Below are positions 29,091-40,102 of a DNA stretch of 64,000 nt, piece by piece; the first letter of the stretch is position 1, and each line of letters opens with the position of its first letter. The notes beneath the pieces were generated by a model that was given only the letters and a program-made list of their open reading frames with translations, ran no database searches and had not been told where the DNA came from. A program made the translations under genes and the position numbers. The DNA is from Nitrososphaera sp. GTDB taxonomy: Archaea > Thermoproteota > Nitrososphaeria > Nitrososphaerales > Nitrososphaeraceae. The stretch covers positions 671-64,670 of the forward strand of contig JAHEZV010000002.1 in assembly GCA_023250885.1 (NCBI GenBank), given 5' to 3'.

Positions 29091-29119
29091 GTCGCCTTTA
29101 GGGCATATGAGAGAGGCTA

Positions 29120-29251
29120 TCAGCTTACGCTAACTGTTCCCACCATGTTTGGATGGAGGGTGCAAAAGTACGGATATTTGCCCGCCTTTTCAAATGTGAT
29201 GCAAGAGGCTAATCCCGCGCCCGCCGGCAAGTTGCAGGCAGTCCCCTTCGC
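29120..29251 (-). pseudogene. 3' remnant of a type-1 copper (amicyanin/plastocyanin-like cupredoxin) gene
   Basis: Codon-by-codon translation gives AKGTACNLPAGAGLASCITFEKAGKYPYFCTLHPNMVGTVSVS* with the Cys-x2-His-x2-Met ligand loop. An in-frame TAA lies at 29252-29254. The upstream part is degenerate and runs into the wHTH gene. Confidence 0.5.
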
Positions 29252-29326
29252 TTAGATGCCCGTACCACAATACCTTATATCAAACGTCGCGGCATACTAG
29301 CGAGGTAGTGCCAGAACGTACTGTCA

Positions 29327-29932
29327 ATGCAATCGATGTCTCTCCATGCATCTGCATTATCGTCAGCACTAGCGAAAGGTCGGTCGATTTTGAAAGATGA
29401 GGCTGACGAGGGGAATGCAAAGAGGGCGATTCAGTTCATTCAGGAACATCCCGGCTGCCACCTGCGCCGGATCAGAAGCGAGCTTGGAATCTCGATGGGA
29501 ACAGCCCAGTACCACCTGGCGCGGCTTGAAAAAGCCGGAAGGGTGACTTCGAACCGGCGCGGCCTGTTCAGGTATTATTTCCCGGTGGGCGTCTTCCAGG
29601 ACAACGAAAAGAGCCTCCTTGAAATCCTGAGCCAGGAAACGGCAAGAGAGATTTTGATATTCATCATAGAGCAGAAAAACCCGACCCAGACAGACATCGT
29701 GGACAAGATCGGCGTGTCGGCCGCGTCGGTGAGCTGGCACGTCGGCCGGCTGACAGAGCTTGGCGTCATAACAGAGATCAGGGAGGGCAAGTACAAGAGG
29801 TACCAGCTTCACGGGGACCCAAAGAACCTGGTGTCGCTGATGAAGAACTACTACCCGTCGCTCTGGGACAGGTGGAGCAACAGACTGGCAGAGATGTTCT
29901 TGTCGATGTCCAAGGGAGAGGAAGAGCCGTGA
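29327..29932 (+). CDS. Transcription regulator with two winged-helix (ArsR-like) domains
   Basis: IQEHPGCHLRRIRSELGISMGTAQYHLARLEKAGRV and EQKNPTQTDIVDKIGVSAASVSWHVGRLTELGVI. Confidence 0.75.
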   Translation: MQSMSLHASALSSALAKGRSILKDEADEGNAKRAIQFIQEHPGCHLRRIRSELGISMGTAQYHLARLEKAGRVTSNRRGLFRYYFPVGVFQDNEKSLLEILSQETAREILIFIIEQKNPTQTDIVDKIGVSAASVSWHVGRLTELGVITEIREGKYKRYQLHGDPKNLVSLMKNYYPSLWDRWSNRLAEMFLSMSKGEEEP

Positions 29933-30345
29933 CAGATTTCCTGGCGATGTCAGCCTGGATCCTGATGTCGTCGCTGGTACGGCAGGTGGATAGCGGGATC
30001 GACGAAGAACGGGACGAGAATGAAGCAGGATCGGGGGGCGCAGACCTTGGAACAGGGGGAGTCGAGGCCGAGCCTTTCGAGCCGATAGAGCAGGCGATAA
30101 AGATAGCGATCGTGGCGTTTTCGCTCCTACTGCTCGGCCTCTCGATCTCTGCCTACAGGAAAACTGCTCTCAAGCGGATACTCTACGCGTCAGTGGCGTT
30201 TGGATTGTTTGCAGTGCAGATGTTTTTTGACTACCTTGAGGACGTGGTTAAAGGGTTCGACGCGCCTTTCAACGACATCATTTTCACGGGGATTACGCTG
30301 GCCATCTTGGCCCTGTTCTTCATGGCCGTTGTCAGGAAAACGTAG
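29929..30345 (+). CDS. Membrane protein cotranscribed with the wHTH regulator
   Basis: In-frame part of ORF 29872..30345 starting at GTG 29929 (GTGA overlap with the regulator's stop); ATG 29947 is an alternative. Acidic N-region followed by 3 TM helices. Confidence 0.55.
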   Translation: MTDFLAMSAWILMSSLVRQVDSGIDEERDENEAGSGGADLGTGGVEAEPFEPIEQAIKIAIVAFSLLLLGLSISAYRKTALKRILYASVAFGLFAVQMFFDYLEDVVKGFDAPFNDIIFTGITLAILALFFMAVVRKT

Positions 30346-30348
30346 TCG

Positions 30349-31170
30349 CTAGCGAAACTCTGCCTTTCTGTACGAGCCCAGTATCTTGACGTACGATGTC
30401 TTTGGCTTTACCGACATGAGCGCTTCCTGCACCACCCTGTTCTGCACATGGCCTTCAAAGTCTACGTAAAAGTTGTACTCCCACGGCGTCTCTTTCGTCG
30501 GGCGCGACTCTACCTTGGTCAGGTTTATCCTGCGTATGGCAAACTCGCCAATGATTCCAAAGAGCGCGCCGGGGACGTGCTTTACTGAAAATATCATGGA
30601 CGTTTTGTACCGTCCGGCCTTGGCGTCGCCCCTGGCCTTTTTGGGCGACAGCACGAGGAATCTCGTGTAGTTGTTCTTCCTGTCCTCGATACCTTCGTCG
30701 AGGATTTGCATATCATACAGCTCGGCAGCCCTCTTGCTTGCAATCGCCGCAGAATCTAGCATCCTGTTTTCCTTTATCATCTTCACCGCGCCGGCAGTGT
30801 CGTAGGCCGGAACAAGCTCAAGCCTTTTTCTCTGCAGGTACCCCCTGCACTGGGCAAGCGCCTGCGGGTGCGAATGCACGTACTTTATTTTTTTTGCCCC
30901 CCTGTTTGCGATAAGGCAGTGCCTGACCCTCTGGTAGACCTCGCCTATCACGCTCATCTTTGTCTGGAGCAAGAGATCGTAAATTTCGTTGACGCTCCCC
31001 TCTATCGAGTTCTCTACCGGCACGACGACATAGTCGGCGCAGCCGTTTTCTGCGGCGTCAAAGACATCCTGAAAAGATTTTTTCGGAGCCAGGCTTGCCT
31101 TTGGAAAGTACTGAAGGGCAGCCATTTCGCCATAAGCTCCTCGCTCACCCTGGAAGGCGACCCTTGCCAT
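30349..31170 (-). CDS. pheA: Prephenate dehydratase (PDT plus ACT domain)
   Basis: VAFQGERGAYGE, VVPVENSIEGSV, YTRFLVL, and a C-terminal ACT region ESRP...WEYNFYVDFEG. Confidence 0.9.
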   Translation of the reverse strand: MARVAFQGERGAYGEMAALQYFPKASLAPKKSFQDVFDAAENGCADYVVVPVENSIEGSVNEIYDLLLQTKMSVIGEVYQRVRHCLIANRGAKKIKYVHSHPQALAQCRGYLQRKRLELVPAYDTAGAVKMIKENRMLDSAAIASKRAAELYDMQILDEGIEDRKNNYTRFLVLSPKKARGDAKAGRYKTSMIFSVKHVPGALFGIIGEFAIRRINLTKVESRPTKETPWEYNFYVDFEGHVQNRVVQEALMSVKPKTSYVKILGSYRKAEFR

Positions 31171-31172
31171 GG

Positions 31173-31775
31173 CTACTTGCCTGCTTTGTGCACTAGCCGG
31201 AACGACTCTTTGCCGTAGTCATGCGTCAGCTTGCGGTTCTCAAAGGCGCCACACTCGACACATTTTATCGTGCTCTCGTCGGTGCGAACGGTGTCGCCTC
31301 CGCACATGAAGCACAACGCATACAGCAATCCGTACTCTTTTTCTGCAAGCGTAAGGTGTATCGTGGAATTGAGCAGGCTTATGACCCTGCCCCTTACAAT
31401 GTCGCCGTTGTGGAAGGTGGCACGCCGATCGCCCCTTCTTTCGACGTCGGCGCGGCTGCCAATCCTTGCAGATGCAATGGCGGAAAAGCCCGCTTCGGAC
31501 CACTTGTCATTTATGTACAGCACCTTAATCGATGTCATGCTGCTGAACATCATTTCGACGTACCCGACGATTATGTCGCCCACCTTGGGGAGCATCGGGG
31601 AATTCTTTTGCTCAATCTTGACAACCCTGCGTTTTAGATCGTAAACTCTGGTGCCGACTGATGCAGAGCGTACAGTCCCGTCGGAACAGAGATAGGTGTT
31701 CTTGCCTCCCTCAAATTCCTCAATGAACGCGATGTGCTCTCCAGGAAGCATAGGCTTCTCGTCTTCCTTACTCAT
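31173..31775 (-). CDS. csl4: Exosome complex RNA-binding subunit Csl4
   Basis: N-terminal domain, S1-like core (VGDIIVGYV) and a C-terminal zinc ribbon (CFMCGG...CVECG). Confidence 0.85.
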   Translation of the reverse strand: MSKEDEKPMLPGEHIAFIEEFEGGKNTYLCSDGTVRSASVGTRVYDLKRRVVKIEQKNSPMLPKVGDIIVGYVEMMFSSMTSIKVLYINDKWSEAGFSAIASARIGSRADVERRGDRRATFHNGDIVRGRVISLLNSTIHLTLAEKEYGLLYALCFMCGGDTVRTDESTIKCVECGAFENRKLTHDYGKESFRLVHKAGK

Positions 31776-31800
31776 TCAATAATTGGAATCCGAAGGAAAG

Positions 31801-31806
31801 TTATAA
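31801..31806 (-). promoter_or_regulatory. TATA-box-like element for csl4
   Basis: ttataa with 25 nt between the box and ATG 31775. The spacing fits a leaderless archaeal transcript. Confidence 0.35.
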
Positions 31807-31899
31807 CTGTTTAGAGGGTAAAAATTTAGAAATCTTTTGCGATTTGTGGGCAAACCTGTGCGTTTGTAATAATAGATTCTGGGCGAAAGATAATAAAGG

Positions 31900-31905
31900 T
31901 ATAAA
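31900..31905 (+). promoter_or_regulatory. TATA-box-like element for cdc48
   Basis: tataaa with 24 nt between the box and GTG 31930. Confidence 0.35.
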
Positions 31906-31914
31906 GAGCAGTAA

Positions 31915-34095
<2,181 letters not shown>

Positions 34096-34190
34096 CCACT
34101 TTTCCTTCTTTTTCTCTGAATATTTCCTGACATGTTGCCGGGCAAATGTTTTTAAGCTATTGGTTTTATGTTAAACCTAACTAAAAGAAA

Positions 34191-35534
34191 TTGGCTGAAA
34201 ATTCACAAGTCCAACTCGTAGAAAAGCCCACTGCAGCCGCTCTAAACCGCTTTGTCAAGCCTATTGACATCAGCAAACTAGTAGCACAATACGGCACTCC
34301 ACTTTATCTGGTAGACGAAGACACTCTGCACGCAAAGGCCAAGGAATTGCACAGCGCTTATTCAAAGTTCAAGGGCCCGGTCAAAGTAGTATACTCGATC
34401 AAGGCCAACTTTACGCCGGCAGTTATCAAGATCTTCATGAAGGATGGAGTAACGCTCGACCTGACGTCGCTGGGCGAGCTCCACTTTATCAAGCAATGCA
34501 AGGCAGACCCGGAGAACGTCATCTACACAAGCGTGACAGAGGAGCCGGAAGAGTACGTCGAAGTGCTTCATAGCGGGGTTAGAAGGGTTGTCGTCAGTTC
34601 TTTTAACGGAATGACAAACCTGGCAAAAGCTGCAAGCAAGGTAGGAGCGAGACCGCTGACAATGATACGCGTGAACCCCGAAGTCGGCGTCAAGGCCGAA
34701 GTTCGCGCGTCTTACAGAAACGGCAAGTTCGGCGTTCCATTCAACGGAGGCACAATAGACAGCGCCGCCAAGATGGTCAAGCACCTGATGGGCAGTGACC
34801 TCCTAAAGTTCGAGGGCTTCCACTTCCACCTCGGGTCGCAGATCACCGACTTTTCGTGCTATACTCATGCGCTGGACAAGATGGACGCGTTCATGACCAA
34901 GATGAAGAAGGAAAATCCCACCTTCCAGGTCAACACGTTTGACATCGGCGGCGGGACTCCCGTATTCTACAACGACCCTGTGCCGACGCCGGCCCAGATG
35001 GCCGAGAACCACGTCAGCAAGCTGAACCAGCTTGCAGAGACACACGGCACCTACACTCTCATGATCGAGAGCGGCCGCTTCCTTGTTGCAGAGTCGTCGA
35101 TGCTGGTATCAAGGATAGTGAACACCAAAGAGTACAACGAGCACAAGATAGTGATCGTAGACGCAGGCTACCACATACTGCTTGACGCAGCGCTGCTCAA
35201 GCAAGAGTACCCGCAGGAAGTGGTCCCGGTGTTGGACAGCAAGGACAGGACCACTGCTCTGGCGCCAGTAAAGAACACGCACCTTGCAGGAAGGCTGTGC
35301 GACACGTACGACGTGTTTCCGCTTTCAAAGGTGTCTGACCTGGACGAGTCAGAGGTGGGCAGGTACATCTCGTTTTACAACGTAGGGGCTTACTCTGTCG
35401 TATTCAACATGCCGTTCCACTGTCAGACAAAGCCGCCGATAGTGATGAAGGACAGCGACGGCAAGTTCAGGCTTGTGAGGAAGGGAACTTCGTACGAACA
35501 CCTCTTCCGCGAAGAAGGCGGAGAACTGGCCTAA
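34191..35534 (+). CDS. lysA: PLP-dependent Orn/DAP/Arg decarboxylase family protein, probable diaminopimelate decarboxylase
   Basis: YSIKANF (PLP lysine), GFHFHLGSQ, FDIGGG and ESGRFLVAES. Substrate cannot be decided from sequence alone. TTG start. Confidence 0.7.
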   Translation: MAENSQVQLVEKPTAAALNRFVKPIDISKLVAQYGTPLYLVDEDTLHAKAKELHSAYSKFKGPVKVVYSIKANFTPAVIKIFMKDGVTLDLTSLGELHFIKQCKADPENVIYTSVTEEPEEYVEVLHSGVRRVVVSSFNGMTNLAKAASKVGARPLTMIRVNPEVGVKAEVRASYRNGKFGVPFNGGTIDSAAKMVKHLMGSDLLKFEGFHFHLGSQITDFSCYTHALDKMDAFMTKMKKENPTFQVNTFDIGGGTPVFYNDPVPTPAQMAENHVSKLNQLAETHGTYTLMIESGRFLVAESSMLVSRIVNTKEYNEHKIVIVDAGYHILLDAALLKQEYPQEVVPVLDSKDRTTALAPVKNTHLAGRLCDTYDVFPLSKVSDLDESEVGRYISFYNVGAYSVVFNMPFHCQTKPPIVMKDSDGKFRLVRKGTSYEHLFREEGGELA

Positions 35535-35595
35535 TCTTCAACCGCCATCTTTGCGGCGGGAACATTTTTTAGATCAACGATAGCATCAGTGGCAA

Positions 35596-35883
35596 GTGAG
35601 CGGCGACAAAAAGACCCGCGCCCACGTCTTTGTAAGCGGCAGGGTCCAGGGCGTCTACTTTCGGCAGAACACAAAGAAGGTGGCCACGCGGCATAAAGTC
35701 ACCGGCTGGGTGCGCAACCTCCCTGACGGCAGGGTCGAGGCCGTCTTTGAAGGCGACGAGATGGCCGTCAACGAAGTAATAGAATGGTGCCACGTCGGGC
35801 CGCCAAAGGCCAGAGTGCAAGACGTCAGCGTAAAGTTCCTGAAATACACAGGCGAGTTTTTCGAGTTTGATGTCGATTATTGA
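35596..35883 (+). CDS. acyP: Acylphosphatase
   Basis: VSGRVQGVYFR and GWVRNLPDGRVE signatures. GTG start. Confidence 0.85.
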   Translation: MSGDKKTRAHVFVSGRVQGVYFRQNTKKVATRHKVTGWVRNLPDGRVEAVFEGDEMAVNEVIEWCHVGPPKARVQDVSVKFLKYTGEFFEFDVDY

Positions 35884-36206
35884 ATCTTTTGGTATGCTTT
35901 GGCTATCTGCTTTTTCACGTTTTCAGCATCTTCTGCAGTCCTGACGGTTGTAGTCACTGGAGGCGCGGCCCTGTCGCACCGTATCGAGAGCACCAGCGAG
36001 TCGCCCGCCGGCTCGACGTCAAGAAATGTCCGGAAGTTCATTGTCTTGGCGTAGACCACCCTGTGCGGCCTCACCTCTTCTATCACGTTGTTACCAAGCG
36101 ATTTTACAAAATTGCGCAGGTCGACCATTATTGTTCTTGCAGGCTCTTTCAGTCCCTCAAGGTGGCTTTCAAACCGAACGCGGCCGGGCTGGTTGCCAAA
36201 CATCAT
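35877..36206 (-). CDS. Hypothetical protein (possibly DUF5655-like)
   Basis: 109-aa ORF starting 23 nt downstream of hisF on the same strand. The family assignment is tentative. Confidence 0.5.
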   Translation of the reverse strand: MMFGNQPGRVRFESHLEGLKEPARTIMVDLRNFVKSLGNNVIEEVRPHRVVYAKTMNFRTFLDVEPAGDSLVLSIRCDRAAPPVTTTVRTAEDAENVKKQIAKAYQKIQ

Positions 36207-36229
36207 GATTGCAATATCAACTCCCTCTG

Positions 36230-37033
36230 CTATATTCTGATCCTGACGCCGTTTCTTTTCAAATACTTCTTCACCTTGTCAACGGTCGACTTTTCATAGT
36301 GGAATATCGACGCGGCGAGCGCGGCGTCAACATCTGATTTATCAAACACGTCAAGCATATGGCGCGCGCTTCCACAGCCGCCAGAGGCAATCACAGGCAC
36401 CCTGACCGACTCGCAGATCGTCTTTGTCAGCTCGATGTCGTAGCCGTTCTCTGTGCCGTCGGCGTCTATGCTGGTGAGCAGTATCTCGCCAGCCCCGCGT
36501 CTTTCGACCTCCTTGGCCCACTTTATCGCGTCAAGGCCGGTGCCTTGCTTGCCGCCATAGATCCTCACCTCAAACCAGAATTTTTTGCCTCCGTCCTTGA
36601 ATATCGTCTTGACCTTTTCGATATTGAAGTTTCTCTTTGCGTCAATCGCGACCACGACGCACTGCTTACCGAAAATCGACATTAGCTGCGTTATCAGTTC
36701 CGGGTTCTTCACGGCAGCAGTGTTTATCGAAACCTTGTCGGCGCCTGAAAGCAGGATATCGCGTGCGTCTTCGAGCTTTTTGATGCCGCCGCCAACAGTG
36801 AACGGGATATCGATCACACTTGCAACATTTCTCACCACATTCTTCATCGTGTCCCTCCCCTGCTGCGACGCCGTGATGTCGAGGAACACTAGCTCGTCGG
36901 CCCCATGCTTGCTGTACTTTTTGGCAAGCTCTACAGGGTCTCCGGCGTCCTTGACCTCTGCGAAATGCACGCCCTTGACGACCCTGCCGTTGTCCACGTC
37001 AAGGCATGGTATTATCCTCTTTGCAAGCGTCAT
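36230..37033 (-). CDS. hisF: Imidazole glycerol phosphate synthase, cyclase subunit
   Basis: [17 protein letters not shown], and the C-terminal ASGG..AAL.ASIFH pattern. Overlaps the hisA stop. Confidence 0.95.
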   Translation of the reverse strand: MTLAKRIIPCLDVDNGRVVKGVHFAEVKDAGDPVELAKKYSKHGADELVFLDITASQQGRDTMKNVVRNVASVIDIPFTVGGGIKKLEDARDILLSGADKVSINTAAVKNPELITQLMSIFGKQCVVVAIDAKRNFNIEKVKTIFKDGGKKFWFEVRIYGGKQGTGLDAIKWAKEVERRGAGEILLTSIDADGTENGYDIELTKTICESVRVPVIASGGCGSARHMLDVFDKSDVDAALAASIFHYEKSTVDKVKKYLKRNGVRIRI

Positions 37034-37728
37034 GCCAGCGCCTTCACCCTCTCTATGCTCACCTTGCCGTCGTACATCGCCTTGCCAAGTATGACAGAGC
37101 TGCAGCCGGCGCTCCTGACCTTCACAATGTCTTCCATGCTTGCGATTCCGCCGCTTGCGATTATCCTTGTAGATTTGGCAGCCTCAGCAAGAGTCCCGAC
37201 GTCCGGGCCCTGTAGCGTGCCGTCGCGCTCGATGCTTGTAAGCAGGAATTCGTCGATGCCCATTGCAGAAAATTGCGATATCGCGTCCGCCACTTTCATT
37301 CCAGTCGACTCTTTCCAGCCCTTCACCATCACCTTGCCGTCGACCTGATCTATTGAAACCACAATCCTGCCGGGACTCTTTTTAGCCAGCTTTCTCACGG
37401 CCTCCGGGTCACTGTAGGCCATGGTGCCGAGCACCACCCTCCATGCTTTTGACAGCATTTCCTCTGCTTTTTCAGGAGACCTGATGCCGCCAGCCACTTG
37501 CACCGGGATCTTGACCGCCGCCGTCATGTTTTCAACTAGCTCGGCGTTACTGCCAATGGAAAATGCCGCGTCAAGATCGACTATGTGCAGCATGTCAGCT
37601 CCTGCAGCCTCCCACTTTTTTGTCGTTTCAACGGGGTCCCTGCTGTAGACTGTTTTGTTTGAGGGGTCTCCATTGACGAGCCTGACTACGCTCCCTCCCA
37701 TGATGTCGACCGCGGCTATGACCTTCAT
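37030..37728 (-). CDS. hisA: ProFAR isomerase
   Basis: ORF trimmed to ATG 37728 ([12 protein letters not shown]...), which forms an ATGA overlap with the hisH stop. HIVDLDAA and IASGGI motifs. Confidence 0.9.
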   Translation of the reverse strand: MKVIAAVDIMGGSVVRLVNGDPSNKTVYSRDPVETTKKWEAAGADMLHIVDLDAAFSIGSNAELVENMTAAVKIPVQVAGGIRSPEKAEEMLSKAWRVVLGTMAYSDPEAVRKLAKKSPGRIVVSIDQVDGKVMVKGWKESTGMKVADAISQFSAMGIDEFLLTSIERDGTLQGPDVGTLAEAAKSTRIIASGGIASMEDIVKVRSAGCSSVILGKAMYDGKVSIERVKALA

Positions 37729-38345
37729 TTTGCCTCGTCGTCGCACATTTCAATAAAATTCCTGATCATCACTGCGCCAACATCGCCTGACTTTTCCGGA
37801 TGGAACTGCACGCCTATCAGGTTATCCTTTTCAATGACCGCCGGGACGCTGACCCCATAGTCTGAGGTGGCGACCACCATCCTGCGGTTCTTTGGCACGG
37901 TCCTGTACGAGTGAACGAAATACACCCACGAATTGTCCCTGACGCCTTTCAGCAGCCTGCTGTCGCCCTTTATGTGCAGGTTGTTCCAACCCATGTGCGG
38001 GATCTTGACCTTCCTCTTCGGAAGCAATACGACGTCGCCATCAAGTATCTTTAATCCCTCCAGCTTGCCCTCCTCACTCCTCTCAAAGAGCATTTCCATG
38101 CCAAGGCAGATGCCCATCACCGGCTTGCCGCTTTCAATTGCCCTGTCAAGATGCTCTGCGCTGCCCTCTATCGATTTTATTGCCGGGTCAAAGTTGCCCA
38201 CGCCGGGCAGCACCAGCCCGTCGCACCTGTCAACCTCCTTCAGGTCATAGATTATTTCGACGCTCTCTGCCCCGTTGCGCTCCAGCGCCGACTTCAGGCT
38301 AAAGAGGTTGCCTGCACCGTAATCAAATATCGCTATTTTTGCCAG
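37725..38345 (-). CDS. hisH: Imidazole glycerol phosphate synthase, glutamine amidotransferase subunit
   Basis: The conserved N-terminus (L)AKIAIFDYGAGNLFSLKSALER lies upstream of the first ATG/GTG/TTG. The only in-frame candidate directly after the hisB stop is CTG 38345..38343. GICLGMEM and VQFHPEKS motifs. Confidence 0.85.
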   Translation of the reverse strand: MAKIAIFDYGAGNLFSLKSALERNGAESVEIIYDLKEVDRCDGLVLPGVGNFDPAIKSIEGSAEHLDRAIESGKPVMGICLGMEMLFERSEEGKLEGLKILDGDVVLLPKRKVKIPHMGWNNLHIKGDSRLLKGVRDNSWVYFVHSYRTVPKNRRMVVATSDYGVSVPAVIEKDNLIGVQFHPEKSGDVGAVMIRNFIEMCDDEAK

Positions 38346-38933
38346 TTACATTGCCCCCTTTGTGCTTGGCACGCCCTTCCTGCTGTCGACGCCAGTCGCC
38401 ATCCTGAGCGCCACTGCAAACGCCTTGAGCGCTGCTTCTATCTTGTGGTGGTCGTTGTCGCCGTACTCCACGACCATGTGGGTGCACGCGTTCAGGTTCT
38501 GCACGAGTGACCTTGCAAAGTGCTCAAGGTCTTCCCTCGGCATCCCTTCGATGCTGTCCCGGGTCAGCTTCAGCTCTACCTTGAGGAACTGGCGCTTGAC
38601 TAAGTCGATCGACACATACGCAAGCGCTTCGTCCATAGGAATGAGCGCGTAGCCAAACCTTGCAATCTTTGCCCTGTCGCCCAGCGCCTTGTCTATCGTC
38701 TGCGCTAATGCGATAGCGACGTCCTCTGCAAGGTGGTGCACTATGCCGTCGTTTGACTTGCCGTTGAGCGTGATGTCTATCATGGCGTGCTTGCCAATCG
38801 AAGTGACGAGGTGGTCAATGAACGAGAGGCCGGTCTTGATGTTCGTCTTGCCCCTTCCGTCAATGTTGACCTGGGCGGTGACTGCAGTTTCCTTTGTCAC
38901 CCTCTCAATCCTCGCCTTTCTTGCAGCAGCCAA
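38346..38933 (-). CDS. hisB: Imidazoleglycerol-phosphate dehydratase (monofunctional)
   Basis: RIERVTKET, IDHLV, HHLAEDVAIAL and DNDHHKIEA motifs. TTG start. No N-terminal HAD phosphatase domain. Confidence 0.9.
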   Translation of the reverse strand: MAAARKARIERVTKETAVTAQVNIDGRGKTNIKTGLSFIDHLVTSIGKHAMIDITLNGKSNDGIVHHLAEDVAIALAQTIDKALGDRAKIARFGYALIPMDEALAYVSIDLVKRQFLKVELKLTRDSIEGMPREDLEHFARSLVQNLNACTHMVVEYGDNDHHKIEAALKAFAVALRMATGVDSRKGVPSTKGAM

Positions 38934-38958
38934 CTTGTGTGTTAGGCTGCTAATACTT

Positions 38959-38966
38959 TATTTAAA
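38959..38966 (-). promoter_or_regulatory. TATA-box-like element for hisBHAF (internal operon promoter)
   Basis: Minus-strand tttaaata with 25 nt between the box and TTG 38933. It lies in a 233-nt gap in an otherwise tightly overlapping operon. Confidence 0.35.
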
Positions 38967-39166
38967 AGTGGCGAAGGCCGCCCCGGCGTTCCCTTTCTAA
39001 TTCTACGGACTGTTTGTTCGGTGCCATGGCGATTGGCGCAAAAGAATCCGTCCAAGAATGCACGGTCAAGTTTGTTGACGAGTTCGAACAACACGTCAGC
39101 ATAAAGGAACTCCTGTCGGACGGCTTCCAGACCGTGAACTTCTAAAGCCTAACCCCTTTTTTTGTT

Positions 39167-40102
39167 TTACAGGCTGGGATCAAGGTTCTTGCTTACGATG
39201 CTAGGGAGCTGGTTGGCGTTTTTTGCGATCGCCCCGACGCCCACCTTGTTGAAGTTGGCTATCGTCATGGCCGGCTCGGGGCTGTTGCCATAGACACCCA
39301 CAAACGCTATTTTCACGTCGGCCTCTTTCTCTGCGCGCCTTGCCATAAGCACGTCCTCGGCAGAGTCGCCAGCATAGACTGCGCTTTTTGCTTTCATCAC
39401 TTCCATCGCGTGCCTTATCGCGTACGGGTTCGGCTTGGCGTACTCGCGCTTTTCGTCTTCCAGAAACACGCAGGCATCAAGGTTGAAATATTTCATCACC
39501 GGCTTGAGTGAATATTCTGCTGCAAGCCAGCTCCGGCCAGACACCATGGCAAGGTTGCCATTGAACATTTCGTGTAGTTTTTTCATCGTCTTTGCGCTCA
39601 CGTCAATCCTGTCGTTTTTGATAAGCGGCCTTCCGCCCGTACAGTACTTTGGCTCCAGGTGGTCCTGTTTTCTGAAGAGCTTCGGGCCATAAAACAGCTC
39701 ATCAAAGATCCTTGCAAGCATGCTGTCCTTGACTGACGCCGGGTAGTTCAGCAGCCTTTTCCACTTCCCAATGTCGTAGCTTGCAAGGAACTTTTCCACC
39801 GACAGGCAGGCTGTCTCGTCGGCGTTCCCGGCCACCTTCATCAGGAACTTCCTGCCCTCTGCAACGCTCTTTGGCGAGCTGGCAAGTATCGCAAGCGTTA
39901 TCGCGTAGGTCGTGTCGGTGTCGTTGTTAAAGCCGCCGCCGGCGCGAAACTTCAGTATGATCTGGTCGGTGACAACGCCATGGAATGACTTGCCGGTGAT
40001 CTCCTTGAGCATGTATTCCACAGTCTTTTTGATAGCTGAATTATAGGACCTGCGGATATCTACAAGCACGCCGTCAATGTCAAAGAGTGCGCAGTCGTAC
40101 AT
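39167..40102 (-). CDS. HAD-superfamily hydrolase (subfamily I with cap) embedded in the his operon
   Basis: ORF trimmed to ATG 40102 (MYDCALFDIDGVLVD, motif I); the start shares one nt with the hisC stop (TGATG). Motif II VSGRS. Motif III K...GDSAED. Confidence 0.75.
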   Translation of the reverse strand: MYDCALFDIDGVLVDIRRSYNSAIKKTVEYMLKEITGKSFHGVVTDQIILKFRAGGGFNNDTDTTYAITLAILASSPKSVAEGRKFLMKVAGNADETACLSVEKFLASYDIGKWKRLLNYPASVKDSMLARIFDELFYGPKLFRKQDHLEPKYCTGGRPLIKNDRIDVSAKTMKKLHEMFNGNLAMVSGRSWLAAEYSLKPVMKYFNLDACVFLEDEKREYAKPNPYAIRHAMEVMKAKSAVYAGDSAEDVLMARRAEKEADVKIAFVGVYGNSPEPAMTIANFNKVGVGAIAKNANQLPSIVSKNLDPSL

